DNA of 63,988 nt, the filler included, from Octopus bimaculoides (lineage: Eukaryota), in the NCBI RefSeq assembly GCF_001194135.2. It is 6 parts of 6 records of this genome, joined end to end, with 100 filler letters (N's around TTAATTAATTAA, not from the genome) between each part and the next. Parts side by side here need not be neighbours in the genome. Positions count along the whole stretch, not along the records: positions 1 to 23,600 come from NC_068986.1; 5 more parts are not named here. One strand, given 5' to 3'. How positions within the stretch are numbered: the first letter of the stretch is position 1; each line of letters begins with the position of its first letter. Of the stretch, positions 1-12,100 are shown piece after piece. Position numbers and translations under genes: made by a program. The notes under the pieces are model-generated. The model saw nothing but the letters and a program-made list of their open reading frames with translations. It ran no database searches and was not told where the DNA came from.

Positions 1-57
<57 letters not shown>
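1..57. repeat. (AC)n microsatellite
   Basis: Direct reading. Confidence 0.99.
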
Positions 58-59
<2 letters not shown>

Positions 60-548
60 TATATATTGCTACATTTATTTAGATTTCACAAAACTGATGT
101 GTGATAAGACTATACTATAATCCTCTTATCTCGAATTCAGTCACCAATGTGACCAACACTCCTCGCCACAAAAATTACAGGAGGCGTTCTAATGAAATAT
201 ATTGCCTGTTCAAAAAACGTCGACATAGAAGACATATTTTTGTTGTGATTGTTGCCGCTTTTGTTTGTTGTGAATTCTAAATATTCCTTTACACGTGATT
301 ATTGTGGTTTCTAAGAATTAATGGCCGTCACGAATACACTACAGAAAAGATATTTTATTTCATATTTCTTATACATCTTGTATTGTTTGTTTAGCTGGTC
401 AACACAATTGTCATTGACTGTATGCTTATAAACGATGCTTTTTATTTCCCTTTTTGTAACTGCTTTACACACGCACACAGACAGACACACACGCACATTC
501 AACATCCACACATTTACAAACTACAATAAAAATGGCACTTTGTCGCTT

Positions 549-700
549 ACGACGACGAAGGTTTCAGTTGATCCGATCAACAGAACAGCCCGCTCATGAA
601 ATTAGCATGCAGGTGACTAAGCAATCCATAGACACGTGCACCCTTAACAAAGTTCTCAGGATGATTTGGCGTGGCACCCCAAATGTGAGCCGAATACTCT
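549..700 (+). mobile_element. SINE body fragment, family uncertain
   Basis: GTTGATCCGATCAACAGAACAGCCCGCTCATGAAATTAGCATGCAGGTGACTAAGCA resembles a recalled abundant octopus SINE body; not database-checked. Confidence 0.5.
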
Positions 701-796
701 AAACAGTACGCCACACACCTCACTTCAAGATAACAATAGGGTGCCCGCTATTCACTCACCTTGCTGATAATAATATCAATATGTCTGACTCTGATT

Positions 797-1010
797 AGGT
801 AGTTAGTTGGCAGAATGGTTAGCACGCCAGGCAGGACGATTTGCGGCACTTCGCCTGTCTTTACATTCTGAGTTAAAATTACGTCCAGGTGGATTTTGCC
901 TTTTATCCTTTCGGGGTCAATAAAATAAGTACCAGTTGAGCACTGAGGTCGGTGTAATTGACTTACCCCTGTTCCGAAATTGCTGGCTTTGTATCAAAAT
1001 TTGAACCCAA
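797..1010 (+). mobile_element. tRNA-derived SINE, family A (OK-like)
   Basis: Aligns by eye with the copies at 9279-9663, 56012-56195 and (minus) 6438-6651; shared CTGAGTT(C)AAATT, TTTGCCTTT(C)ATCCTTTCGGGGTC and AAGTACCAGTT motifs. Confidence 0.85.
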
Positions 1011-2559
1011 CGTATCTGACCCTTAGCTTTTTGAGTTTTTCTTTCCTTATTGAGTTTTGGGTTGGAAGAAAAGTGATCAAATCGTGGGTCGAAATGGAGA
1101 GTGCATTTGTTAGCTTATATTTCTGGCATTGTTCTTTTTCGTTTTACATTTTCTTTTGGTGATTGATTTTTTGAGAAACGTCGGAGGAGAGTATTTGTTC
1201 AATATTTCAGTTTGAGGAGATTACTTTCACTTGTTATCGTAATGTGAAATATGGCGTCTCCTTCGTTGTTGTTGTTGTTAGTGATTATGCTAATTACTCT
1301 AGATGTGGTACTCATACGTTGCGCCGCAACGAGTACCTAGGGGCACCGCTGATTAAAAGAATGTGATTTCAGAAAATCCATAATATTGATTGAACATCTT
1401 AATAAAATAAAAAAATAAAAAAACTCGATTTCCTCGTTATTTTGCTATGGAGGACTATGAGAAATAAAATAAGTTCGATTGCAACTTTGACTTCAAAACA
1501 ATTTTTTTAAACTTCTCAAGTGAAGAGCATCAGAAATATTCTTCTTTCTTTTGCTCGCTTGTGAATCAAAGCCAAAAAGATCAGGCATCACTAATGCTAT
1601 TTTATCATTTTATTGTTAATTCTGTGCTTTATTTTGAATACAAATGTCTCAGTTTTCTATTTTTTATAGTTTATTGTTTTTGTTTGTTATTTCTTTGTTT
1701 CGTTGTTTGATGTTCATTTTTTTTTTATTTCAGTTGTCTGTGGTTTTGGTGTTTCGTGTTGGAAATTGTCATTGGTTTTTATTGGGTTGGCTATTTATTG
1801 TGTAATCGGGTTGTGCCAAAGATACAGCGGTTTTGAAGAACAAGCAGTGTGGAATCGAAACCGCAACTCTTATATTCACACTTTTAATCATATTCATTAG
1901 CGGATATCCTTCACATTTCTAGAAATTTTGGAAACGTTGACAATGGCGTTACTTAAGTCCAGATTTGAGACACTAAGGAGGAAAGAATATTTTATCAAGT
2001 TCAACAAGTCGACCATCAAAAATATTTTTCTTGCCTGTAGCGAGTGAGGTACGTCTTGCTTAATTTTTCTGAACACAGTGGTAGCTACCTTCAGCCCCAC
2101 CCCACCGTATTTGATATAACAACAATCCAAACAAAAGTACCTCAAGTTTTTATGGACCCTTCACTTATATTTCTGATTCTGAACATTTTCTAAAAACAAC
2201 TTTATGTTGTCGTATGACTGTTTGCTGTTTACAGTACGTACCTTTGGCACAGAAGGGAATTTATTATTATTATTGAAGAGGAATGCTTTCAGGCTGAATT
2301 TTAAAGAATCAGCGAACAGTCAGCACCCGACCACGTTATGTTTATGGCTAATAGACCGAAAACTGAATTTACATTTTTACAGAGCATTTGTCCTCTTCCT
2401 GGAAGAAATATTCTTTGAATTCAATATGACTGCAGAAAATAAACCTTCATATATATTACGTGTCAGTAGATTTCAACCTTTCATTCTTAAATCTAAAATT
2501 TCAACCCCAAATGATGAACTAAGTCGTTCAGATCTTGTGACAGTAAATATGGTACAATA

Positions 2560-2800
2560 GAAAAAATAGCTCTCTTGGAATGTCACATCACTTGTGTCTA
2601 TGTCAGATAATAATCTTGGTCATAAATTTATTTGCGATCACAAATGTCTGAGTGCAATCCAATATTAGATCACAGATCTTTACATTTTCCTCAGTGATTT
2701 GCTCCAGCTTCGTTTGATTGTCATCCCTTAATGTAAAGTGCTCATGTGAATTTTGAACTGGAAGCTGAGTGTTGTGAGGAACTGCTCTAATTACACACAA
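2560..2800 (-). mobile_element. Decayed mariner-like transposase N-terminal/HTH fragment
   Basis: HFTLRDD..ITEENVKICDLILD resembles the mariner pattern FxxGxxSLEDDxRSGRP..TEENVxKVxDLILxD; heavily degraded. Confidence 0.4.
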
Positions 2801-5800
2801 TAGATGAAGATAATTTGATAAGTAGACGATAGTTCAGGACATTTGATTGAGAAGAATATAGATTAGGGTTTTTGACTAAGCTATTTGATCTTGAAGTGAT
2901 TGTTTTTGTACTCACAAAGTACAAACAACAGTTTGTTGTGGGATCTTTGGTTTCTCTCCAAATATTTGATTTGAATAACAAATGGCAACTGACGTCAAAC
3001 ATGTAGCCATATTGTTAGCTGTTTCCTCCATGTCACCCCAAAATACGCCAGTCACGACACTTACCCTAATAATCTATTTTACACCCAACGTATAGTCCAT
3101 AGCATTTGTCTTTTTTTCTATTGCTGTAGCATAATTTCTCCGAGATTTGAACGTTAGATTACGGCATAGATAGCAGAAGAAATTAGGATGGTTCAGACAG
3201 TTTCGTGGGTATAAAACAAACATGTGCTCGAGGACAATATCGTTCTAACATCAACAAGGAGCAACATACACTAGTTGTTAACATTGTGGCATTTACAAGG
3301 AGACTTACTTGAAGCTGTTCTCTACACAAAGACTAAACTCATATTTGAACAAGTTTAAACATGTTTTAACGGGTCCAGTCAGTTTCCGTGACTAAGTTGA
3401 TCCTGCTGGCATCATCGGAATTTTCTATCTTTTTTACATAAGAATTAACACACTCATGCACACACACATACATACACGCGCACGCACACACACACACACA
3501 CTCATATACATGCACGTGCGCACACACATAGTTGCATTAATTAATATATATTCTTTTATCTGTTGGTCATGCTAAATAATGTAAAAACCAAGCGTGAAGG
3601 GGAAAATCTTATTTTGTATTTATATTCATACAACAAAAATACGCTTAGAACAGCATGAAAACATGTTTGTGGTAAAACCGTTGATGGCCAGGATCATTAA
3701 ACTAATAATTTATTTGAAGGGACACTCTATAAATTTTCTTTCTAATGGCAATCAAGCAATTTAGTCAATTAGTTTTGATTATTTGTACTCACTTTTATTG
3801 AACCTGGAGAGATGAAATATATATTAAAAAATTTGGTTTCCATCAAGATTTGAACCCGAAATATACAACAAGACTAAGTATGTTAACTGCTTCTACCAGT
3901 TGTCCATTGCAAAGGAAGGGGTGGGGGTGGGGGTGTAAAAATTTCTGAGCGACGAAGGAACACATTTGAAGAGAAGTATAAGGTTTATACCATTCTCATG
4001 GGTGTTGCCAGAGTAAATAACTTGATTTAAGAGGGAACCAGGATTTAAGAACGAACCAGTCTTTTGGCGAACATCTCCGATGTTTTCCGAAAGACACGAA
4101 AATTATTTTTAGGAAAAGCAATTCTTTTCACTGTCAAATATTTTTGAATCTACAAATATTGTTTCCTGTCTCAGTTCCACTTAATTAAACGATCTAAAAT
4201 TAACTTTTATTTGCCTTTTCAATCGAGGTCAGGAATAATTAGGTGCTTAAAAGCACTTTGATTCCATCCTACATCCCCACCGTCAGCTTTTTGGTGCTGA
4301 GCTGAGAATGCATTTTTTCTTTCTTTTATCTTAGAGTAGAATTCATGTTTCTTGGATTTTTTTTCCTTATTTCTTTTCTCAAGTTGCATAGTTGCATGTG
4401 GATGTATCTCTCTTTAGATCTTCTCTTTACCTTTTTTCTCTGGCGATGCGGGTGAGTTCGTGTTTTTCTGCGATTTACTGAAAATAATCTAAAATCTATT
4501 TGTAGTTTTTCTCCCCAGAAGGAAAATAAATGAACAAATATAATCCATAAAGTCACAAAAATAGAATCACCACCAGAAACTATGCAGCGAAATGGAAAAT
4601 TACTAAACAGGTCATGACATTGCTATTGACTTTATAATTATCAGGAAAACACAAGTCAAATGCTGGTAAATGAGAATTTACCACAGCAACATTGAAATAG
4701 AGTAAAATTGAAACAACGATACAGCAAAACGAACAGATCGAAGTGAAGCTATAAAAAGATAGCTAAAAATGCTTGTGTATTTTCGTTCAGCTGTGACTGG
4801 AATCTATGACGTTGTTCTAGAATACAACTTGATATCGAATGTTTGCAGTCGAGAGAGCAAAATTAAGCGATAATAAGCGAGAACAATATTAAGCGATAAG
4901 AGCACGAAAGCTAAATATTATAATTTAGGTGTTCGTAGATTCAGCTTCAATGGTTACTAAACAAAGCAATTGTTTTAAGTTTGATTAATACACACACATG
5001 CATACACACAAACCTACATCCATAGACACATGCATTCACACACATATGTGCATATATATATATATATATATACATTGTTTCAATGTCCATTTTTATTTTA
5101 TTTTTTCATGCTCTTTTCAGATGGAATATTCTGAACTAACACATTATTTTCCTATGCGTCATATTCTTGCACTCTTTCGTCCATACAATCAATTCTCAAA
5201 CAGAAATTATTCCTTCTTTTATCTCACCTCTACCGCAGGTAGCTTCCAGTTGTAATTTGCGCCAATATCTTAACAAACAAATCTGCTGTTAATCTGCTTC
5301 TGCGATAAATACTTATATCACCGTACACCATTCCCTTAAATATATCTGCCTGGGTCTGTGGTACCCAGTTGTTATCTCCAGTCATATGTTTTTTCATAAT
5401 CTTTTTTGCTAAGTTAACTGTAAACAGCCAACATTTCTATTCAACTCAAACTTTTTTCGATGAAAATATTTCTGGAATATCTGGAGTCATATCCATCACC
5501 TAACCAAATATTTAACACCAAATCCGGAATGATTAAACAAAATATAAAAGGGTAATTTTGTTTGAAATACTCAAAGCTATTATGCAGACATACAAATGTA
5601 CTTGTATACGTATATATATATATATATATATACATATGACCACTTCCCAGCATCTACACCATCATCCACACACCTACACATGCACACACGCACACGTCAA
5701 GGTCACCAGCCCCCATCCACACGCACATACACGCTCTCACATACACACGCACGCACAGCTTCGTTTTGGGATCACCACTACTTTATTATCTCCCCTTCTT

Positions 5801-5819
5801 CCTAGTTATACTGTGTGAC

Positions 5820-6035
5820 CCCTCTGTCCGGCATTCGCCATGATAGATCGCGAGCCACTAAACCTTTTAATATTTTCTCTCTCTGTTTCTTTCTGTGTTC
5901 CTTTCTGTTGAAGAGCGTAGGCTCGAAGCGTAAAAGACTTTCTCACTTCCCGAGCGTTAAACTAATACATCTGTTTGTTGTCTACACCACCTGTCTTCGT
6001 CTTTTGTCGTTTTTGTAAATTCTCACTATATATAT
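5820..6035 (+). mobile_element. Small non-coding repeat (family H1) with a degenerate hammerhead; Penelope pLTR-like
   Basis: Its 3' half matches 41162-41270 (minus); contains the HHR-like motif at 5901-5936; ends in (TA)n. Confidence 0.6.
5901..5936 (+). ncRNA. Degenerate minimal type I hammerhead ribozyme
   Basis: CUUU-CUGUUGA-A-GAGC(GUAG)GCUC-GAAG-C-GUA-AAAG: stems I and II pair; core has A6>U and GAAA>GAAG. Confidence 0.55.
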
Positions 6036-6437
6036 AAAAACACACACGCACACGTACACACACATATATACGTGCGTTGCTTTATGTCGAATGAGCACAG
6101 TGGCGTGAAACTCGAGTAGCGAGACAAACTCTGTTTTATTTACAACTGCACACGTGTTCAAGCATTAATGCGTTATGTATGTATATATATATGTATGTAT
6201 ATGTGCGCAGGTATTTTTGTGTGGTTCATTAATTTGCTTGTCAGCCACGTGGTTTCCGGTTCGGCCCACTGAGCGTTCCAGGTGCCGTACAGTAGGACTA
6301 CAGTCTTCTATTATAGCCCAGAGCTAGCCAATCCCTTGTGAGTAGACAAAAACATAATTTTAAGAGTTTAGTCGGTGCATCGGTCTGTATACAGAGATAC
6401 ACAAAAGCAAACCGTGAAGATTGTAAAGTTTATAGAA

Positions 6438-6651
6438 ATACTGGTTTCTAATTTTGGCACAAGGCCAGCAATTTCTGGAAGAGGGTAAGTCGATTACATC
6501 GACCTCAGTACTCAACTGATACTTATTTTATAAACCTTGAAAGGATGAAAGGCAATATCGACCTCGGCAAAATTTGAACCCACAACGTAAAGTTGGAAGA
6601 AATGTCGCTACGCATGTCTTACGCTGCACCGATTCACCCTGTTCATCACCT
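6438..6651 (-). mobile_element. SINE family A with a 14-bp near-identical TSD
   Basis: Reverse-complement match to family A; flanks TAAAGTTTATAGAA (6424-6437) and TAAACTTTACAGAA (6652-6665). Confidence 0.8.
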
Positions 6652-6665
6652 TAAACTTTACAGAA

Positions 6666-6752
6666 ATATTGGTTTCGAGTTTTGACACAAGGCCAGCAGT
6701 TTTGGGAGGAGGGGGAGTAGTCAATTACATGGACTGATACTTATTTCATCGG
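6666..6752 (-). mobile_element. SINE family A, 3' part only
   Basis: Repeats the tail seen at 6438-6520; breaks off where the palindrome begins. Confidence 0.7.
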
Positions 6753-6772
6753 CCGCTTGCTTGTGCGTGAAA

Positions 6773-6995
6773 TTTTTTTCCCACGAGAGTTCCGGACCCC
6801 AGTAATGAACTCATTTGCATCTGCCGATTAGAGCAGAACCACCTTTATCCTTTCTTCCTTTCTAGTCAGCACCGTGCATTCCTTACTCCCTCTCTACTGA
6901 CTAGAAAGGAAGAAAGGATAAAGGTGGCTCTGCTCTGATTGGCTGTATGCAAATGAGTTCATTACCGGGGTCCGGAACTCTCGCGGGAAAAAGTT
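6773..6995. repeat. Long inverted repeat (foldback/MITE-like), ~95-bp arms, 27-nt loop
   Basis: 6776-6869 is the reverse complement of 6897-6990 with a few mismatches. Confidence 0.95.
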
Positions 6996-7329
6996 TCGCT
7001 GCCCGTGCGCCCACCCTAATGCACGAGTCTATAAATTTCCTCTTCAGTGTCCAGTGGATGAATTTTTATTGCGGAATGTTATATATCTTTTATGGTTTAT
7101 TCAGACAGAGGTGGGAGGGAAGGGGTGGAGTGGGAACAGAAATAAGACCTAACGCGTAGCTTACCCGCAGACGAAAGATATTTGCTTGTATTAAAAGTGA
7201 ACAACAGTAAAATTAGCGAAGGAATAAATAGAGCAACGAATGAAGACCATGACTCATATCGAATATCATAAAATAACAAATGAATATCCATCCTTGCACA
7301 TTAACTTACAAATTCAAAATTCTAATATA

Positions 7330-7358
7330 TGTGTGTGTGTGTGTGTGTGTGTATATGC

Positions 7359-7438
<80 letters not shown>

Positions 7439-7577
7439 CTGTATGTATGTATATATTTGCATATATATAAAGATATATATTATATATAATATATATATAT
7501 GTATGTATCTACATACACACATACTCTCTCACACACACACACACACACACACATACACACACGCAAACACACACACA
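7330..7577. repeat. Compound (TG)n/(TA)n/(CA)n microsatellite
   Basis: Direct reading. Confidence 0.95.
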
Positions 7578-8254
7578 GTTGAAAATATTCCGAAAGAACG
7601 GAGACATCAATTTGTACGGCGAAAATATTTGCTATTTAATCTCTAGTTTATACGAGATATCTTTATAGACATCATATTATTTTAGGTTGCAATAAGTTTC
7701 TTAGTTTCGCCAATTCTTAAATCTTCAGACGCGCTTATTTGATTATTTTTAATACTGTCGCAGAGTATGGCTTCTATGCTTTCGTTTTCACTTGTGATTC
7801 TTTGAATTAAAACACATTGAAAATTACTGAGATAAGGAATTATTGTTTTTTTTCTTTATCAAATTCTTCATTTACTCTTTTCTTTTTGCAAAAGAACAAT
7901 ATCTGATTCTTTCTACAATAGAAAAAAAAGAAAGAAAAAACTAATTAGATTTGATATAGGATGCTAAATGTTATTTTTAATTATTACTATGATTTTAATA
8001 AGTCATTTATGAACGATGGCAACAATGCTAGTTAATTGAGAAGTTCTTAGATTTATGTCTCTGTACTGGAGTGTTCCTCGTCATATGACGATGGGTAACT
8101 TTGGAAATATACTTTTGCCATCATGGGTAATATCAAAAAATATGGCAGACATACAATAATGATAATTTTAACTGTTACCAAAATTCTTTGTGCTGATACA
8201 AAATGATGAAGTGAATACTAATATCCAGAAGAAAAATATGTATTGTATTAAAAT

Positions 8255-8329
<75 letters not shown>

Positions 8330-8909
8330 TTTTACTTTTCAGAGCTCTCGGTCTTACTTGCTCTGATTCTGTGAGAGCGGATAGCAACCTGTTGTCAGAA
8401 TTCTCTCAGGGACTCAGGGTCTTTCTCGCAAACTATAAGCTTTGGTACTTGGATGATGCCTATCGCGGAAGGCACTCAGCACTCAAGCACCAATCTCAAA
8501 ATCCTAGCTGTCCCCCAGTAGAGCAGTTTTTTTGGGGGCCTGCTCTTGCCTCATGACAATACAAATTTCTCCGACATATTTCTCGAACTCGGTTCCTAGT
8601 ACTCCGAGTGCCCCTACAACAACTGGAATGACAGACACTCTCCTCAGAGTCCATATTCTTGCAATTTCATCTTTCAGTAAACTGTATTTCTCCATTTTTT
8701 CCAGCTCTTTGTCAACTACGCGCGCAATACCAAGTATGGTGATATCTATGCTCTTAGCTTCCTTTTCTTCTTTCCTGTCCTACAACAATGTCTGCTCTCC
8801 GATCACCAATCACTGAATCAAACTGTATTGTAAAATCCTACAAGATCAGATATTCATTATTCTCGGTGACACCTTCTGATTTATGCTAGTTACACTTTCA
8901 AGACCATAC

Positions 8910-8961
<52 letters not shown>

Positions 8962-9899
8962 AATGAACATACTCAGCTACATTGTATTCCTCTTGAGACA
9001 ATTTCCTACACTCACCCAGAACATGTGTGAGACTTTGATTTTGCTGCCACGCATCCTACAAAGGGAGCGATTCACTGCTCTTATATTCTGGTAACTTGGT
9101 GTAATTAGTTCTCAAAACTTGTTCCTGGGTGCTGCATAGAAATGACCCAGTACATCATTTCAGATCACTTTTCCCTAGGCACCACCAGATGTTGCTCTTG
9201 CTTTTCCCTTCGATTTCTCTGAGGTATTGCCCATGTATTGTTTCCATTTTCCAGTTGTTCAATCTTTGTTCTCCACCTGAAGGCGGCGAGCTGGCAGAAA
9301 CGTTAGCACGCCGGGCGAAATGCATAGCGGTATTTCGTCTGCCGTTACGTTCTGAGTTCAAATTCCGCCGAGGTCGACTTTGCCTTTCATCCTTTCGGGG
9401 TCCATAAATTAAGTACCGGTTACGCACTGGGGTCGATCTAATCGACTTAATCCCTTTGTCTCTCCTTGTTTGTCCCTTCTACGTTTAGCCCCTTGTGGGC
9501 AATAAAGAAATAAGAAACGTTAGCACGCCGGGTGAAATGCTTAGCGGTATTTAATCTGTCTTTATGTTCTAAGTTCAAATTCTGCCGAAGTCGACTTTGC
9601 CTTTCATCCTTATTAAATATCAGTTGCTCCAAAATTTTGGGCCTTGTGCCTAGAGTAGAAAAGAATCTTTGTTCTCCACCTTGTTTCTTAAATGTTTTCG
9701 TGTGTATTGCATTTTCACAAGGTATTGTGTTGATATTTCTAACAGTAACAGGCAAAGGTTCAATCTGCCGTTTGATGTGCCATCCTAGAATATTTTTCAG
9801 CTAAGGGTTCCTCAGTCTTTTTGAGAGATCCTCTCGAAGTAAATAACGGAGTATTGTGTGTTCTAACACAACCTCCACGATGCTAAACTGAACATCAAG

Positions 9900-9900
<1 letters not shown>
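8255..9900 (-). mobile_element. RLE-endonuclease (R4/Dong-like) non-LTR retrotransposon, decayed 3' portion with (TAG)n tail
   Basis: Minus-strand peptides WKMETIHGQYLREIEGK..KSDLK, RRADIVV..IDITI and EKMEKYSLLKDEIARIWTLRRVSVIPVVVGALG match the RLE C-terminus; (CTA)n at 8255-8329 sits at its 3' end; interrupted by (CA)n at 8912-8959 and a SINE. Confidence 0.85.
9279..9663 (+). mobile_element. Dimeric SINE family A with an 18-bp TSD, nested in the RLE LINE
   Basis: AATCTTTGTTCTCCACCT at 9261-9278 and 9664-9681; AGAAACGTTAGCACGCCGGG head repeated internally. Confidence 0.93.

Positions 9901-9901
<1 letters not shown>

Positions 9902-9956
<55 letters not shown>
9902..9956. repeat. (TATC)n microsatellite
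   Basis: Direct reading. Confidence 0.98.
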
Positions 9957-10075
9957 GAATGTACATGCAAATACATCAATTAAAGAACAGGAGTTACGAT
10001 TACGTAAATCTTGTTCTTTTGTCATTCAATAATTTCATATTGCACTCTGTACACACAGGATGCATTCCTCTAAAG

Positions 10076-10260
10076 CAGTGCACCGCAGTCTTTTTTCACT
10101 TGCGGCACACTTATATTCTTTTCAAATTTCGGCGGCACACCTGAACTAAAAATATAACTAAAAGTACGGAGGAAAAATTATAGTCAGTTTACGCTGCGGC
10201 ACACCTAGCATCGTCCCATGACACACCAATGTATCGGGATATATCGGTTGCAGAGCACTG
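10076..10260. mobile_element. hAT-like MITE
   Basis: Imperfect TIRs CAGTGCACCGCA ... TGCAGAGCACTG; three internal GCGGCACAC repeats; left flank CTCTAAAG fits the hAT/Charlie target but the right flank does not match. Confidence 0.5.
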
Positions 10261-10329
10261 CATAAGTGTATGAATTTCTAACAACTTGTTATTAGCATTG
10301 ATGTGGATTGTTGGCGATTCCCCCCCCCG

Positions 10330-10465
10330 TCTTCCTTTTATTTTGGACTTTCCTCTGTCTCCTGTTTCTGAAGAAGAGCTTTGCTCGAAATGTAAAACCA
10401 CCTTTCTTTCTCTCCCTGAGCGTCTGCTGATACTTTACATGTAACACGTTCTCGCTTGTTTTTTT
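10330..10465 (+). mobile_element. Small non-coding repeat (family H2) with hammerhead
   Basis: Homologous to 52234-52375; contains the HHR at 10364-10398. Confidence 0.65.
10364..10398 (+). ncRNA. Minimal type I hammerhead ribozyme
   Basis: GUUU-CUGAAGA-A-GAGC(UUU)GCUC-GAAA-U-GUA-AAAC: intact CUGANGA and GAAA, GUA site; stem III C>U. Confidence 0.75.
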
Positions 10466-11549
10466 TCTTGTTTTTCTCCATTTTTTTTAGTTCAACTACA
10501 TCCATTCACATGCGTATATATTTATACATATAATTCCCTTTTACAGGATTCCTCTCACAAGGCTTTGGGCAACCTGTGGCTAGAGAAGAAGAATTATCTT
10601 TAAGATTATTTCATTGGCTGCTTCACCTTTCAATATGGATAGCTTAAATATTGTCATTGTTCAGACACAAGATTTGCGACAGCTGAATATTTTGAGTTCG
10701 CGGACAAGAGGCTTTGCCCCAAAATAGAAAACATTTTATTTCATGGCACAACGTTTCTTCCAATCTTTGATATATGCCTTGAAGAAAAAAAAGCAACCCA
10801 AAAACCGAAAAAAGCAAAAACTTCGTAAATCTTTGAAGAAGTAAAAGATGAAAGAGAGATATAAAATAAGCTGCTTCTCAGATATAAAATATAATTTTCT
10901 GAGAATTCATTAACCAAAAGCTGATGTTCATAAAACTATTCTATGAAGTTCACGTAAAATAAAGTGATCGAACTCTTGAGAGACAATAACAACAAACTGA
11001 TAATTTCCGCTGCTGAGTTGTCTAAACAAAGGGCTTCAACTCAGAGTTTGAAGATCAAAGAAAACTGCAAAATCGAAGGAATTCATATTTATTTATTATC
11101 GTTTCTTTAATCCTAAATATTTTTACAAGTGTGTTAATAGAATATCGTGATCTTCATGTTGTTCTCAAAATTATTAACGGCCTCGTTGGAGGAGAATGAC
11201 TAGAACGAATGAAAGAAACACCATTACAGAGTCAGCAGATGCACCATATTTATTCTATCAAGACGTGACGATGTCATAAACGGCAAAATTCCAAACACTT
11301 TGCGATATTTAGATACATTTTATGCGAAAACTTCGTCAATGCGTACTTTCTCTTTCAAGTCTCTAGGGTCCATAAAATGCTATCAGAAATATACCGGGTC
11401 CGTTCAATATTCTGTGATCCTTACTTTCAAAACTGTGGAATTGTACAAAATTTGAAAATAATGATTAAATGTTTATTTTACAATGTTTGTTTTCTAGACT
11501 GCAACTGGATACATTATTTAGCTCTGCTCGGGAACTAATCAATTACTTT

Positions 11550-12100
11550 CAAAGAAACCTCACAGTTACCAATAGAAACATTTCTTTGAATATAAACATT
11601 TAAAATTAGGTGTGTCTATAGAACTGCGAAGAAACTTTTACTCACATAGACACACCTATTTACGTAGGTTGTCCTCTGAGAGTAACATTGTATTTGTCTA
11701 GCAAAACAGATCTATCGACGTCTATCTATATGTCTAACCTATATTATATAATAAAATTCCTTTTTATTCAGCTGACTTTGCTATTTTGAAAACAGAATTA
11801 GAATATAAGAGCGTTTGAATATTGTTATTGTCAAAAGTATTCAGAATTTCATCGGATTATGGATTGTAATCTAGCTTTGACAAGAAGCAATCATTTTCTC
11901 CTTCGTTCAAGAGCATTCGTAATTGAATACTTTCGTATTGAACGAACCAATATCAACTAATTATAATGTTAGACGACTTTTCAGTTTTTCTTCAGCTAAA
12001 TCTAGACAAATCAATAGAATCTGCTGCTAATGGAAGCAGTGTGTATCAGTAATTTCTATGAGTCTTCCTTTCAAACTAATTCCAAGTATTGTTGCTAATA
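11550..12100 (-). mobile_element. Possible ancient Penelope-like RT N-terminal relic
   Basis: Minus-strand SSNIIIS..NEGENDCFLSKLDYNP.DEILNTF resembles the Penelope NxNIIIKPADKG..NEGxRQLxD..YxKLDYDPT region; many stops. Confidence 0.3.

Noticed and set aside
1251-1340. Signal-peptide-like ORF MASPSLLLLLVIMLITLDVVLIRCAATST*
   Set aside because: Hydrophobicity comes from a (GTT)n run; it stops after 29 codons with no good donor.
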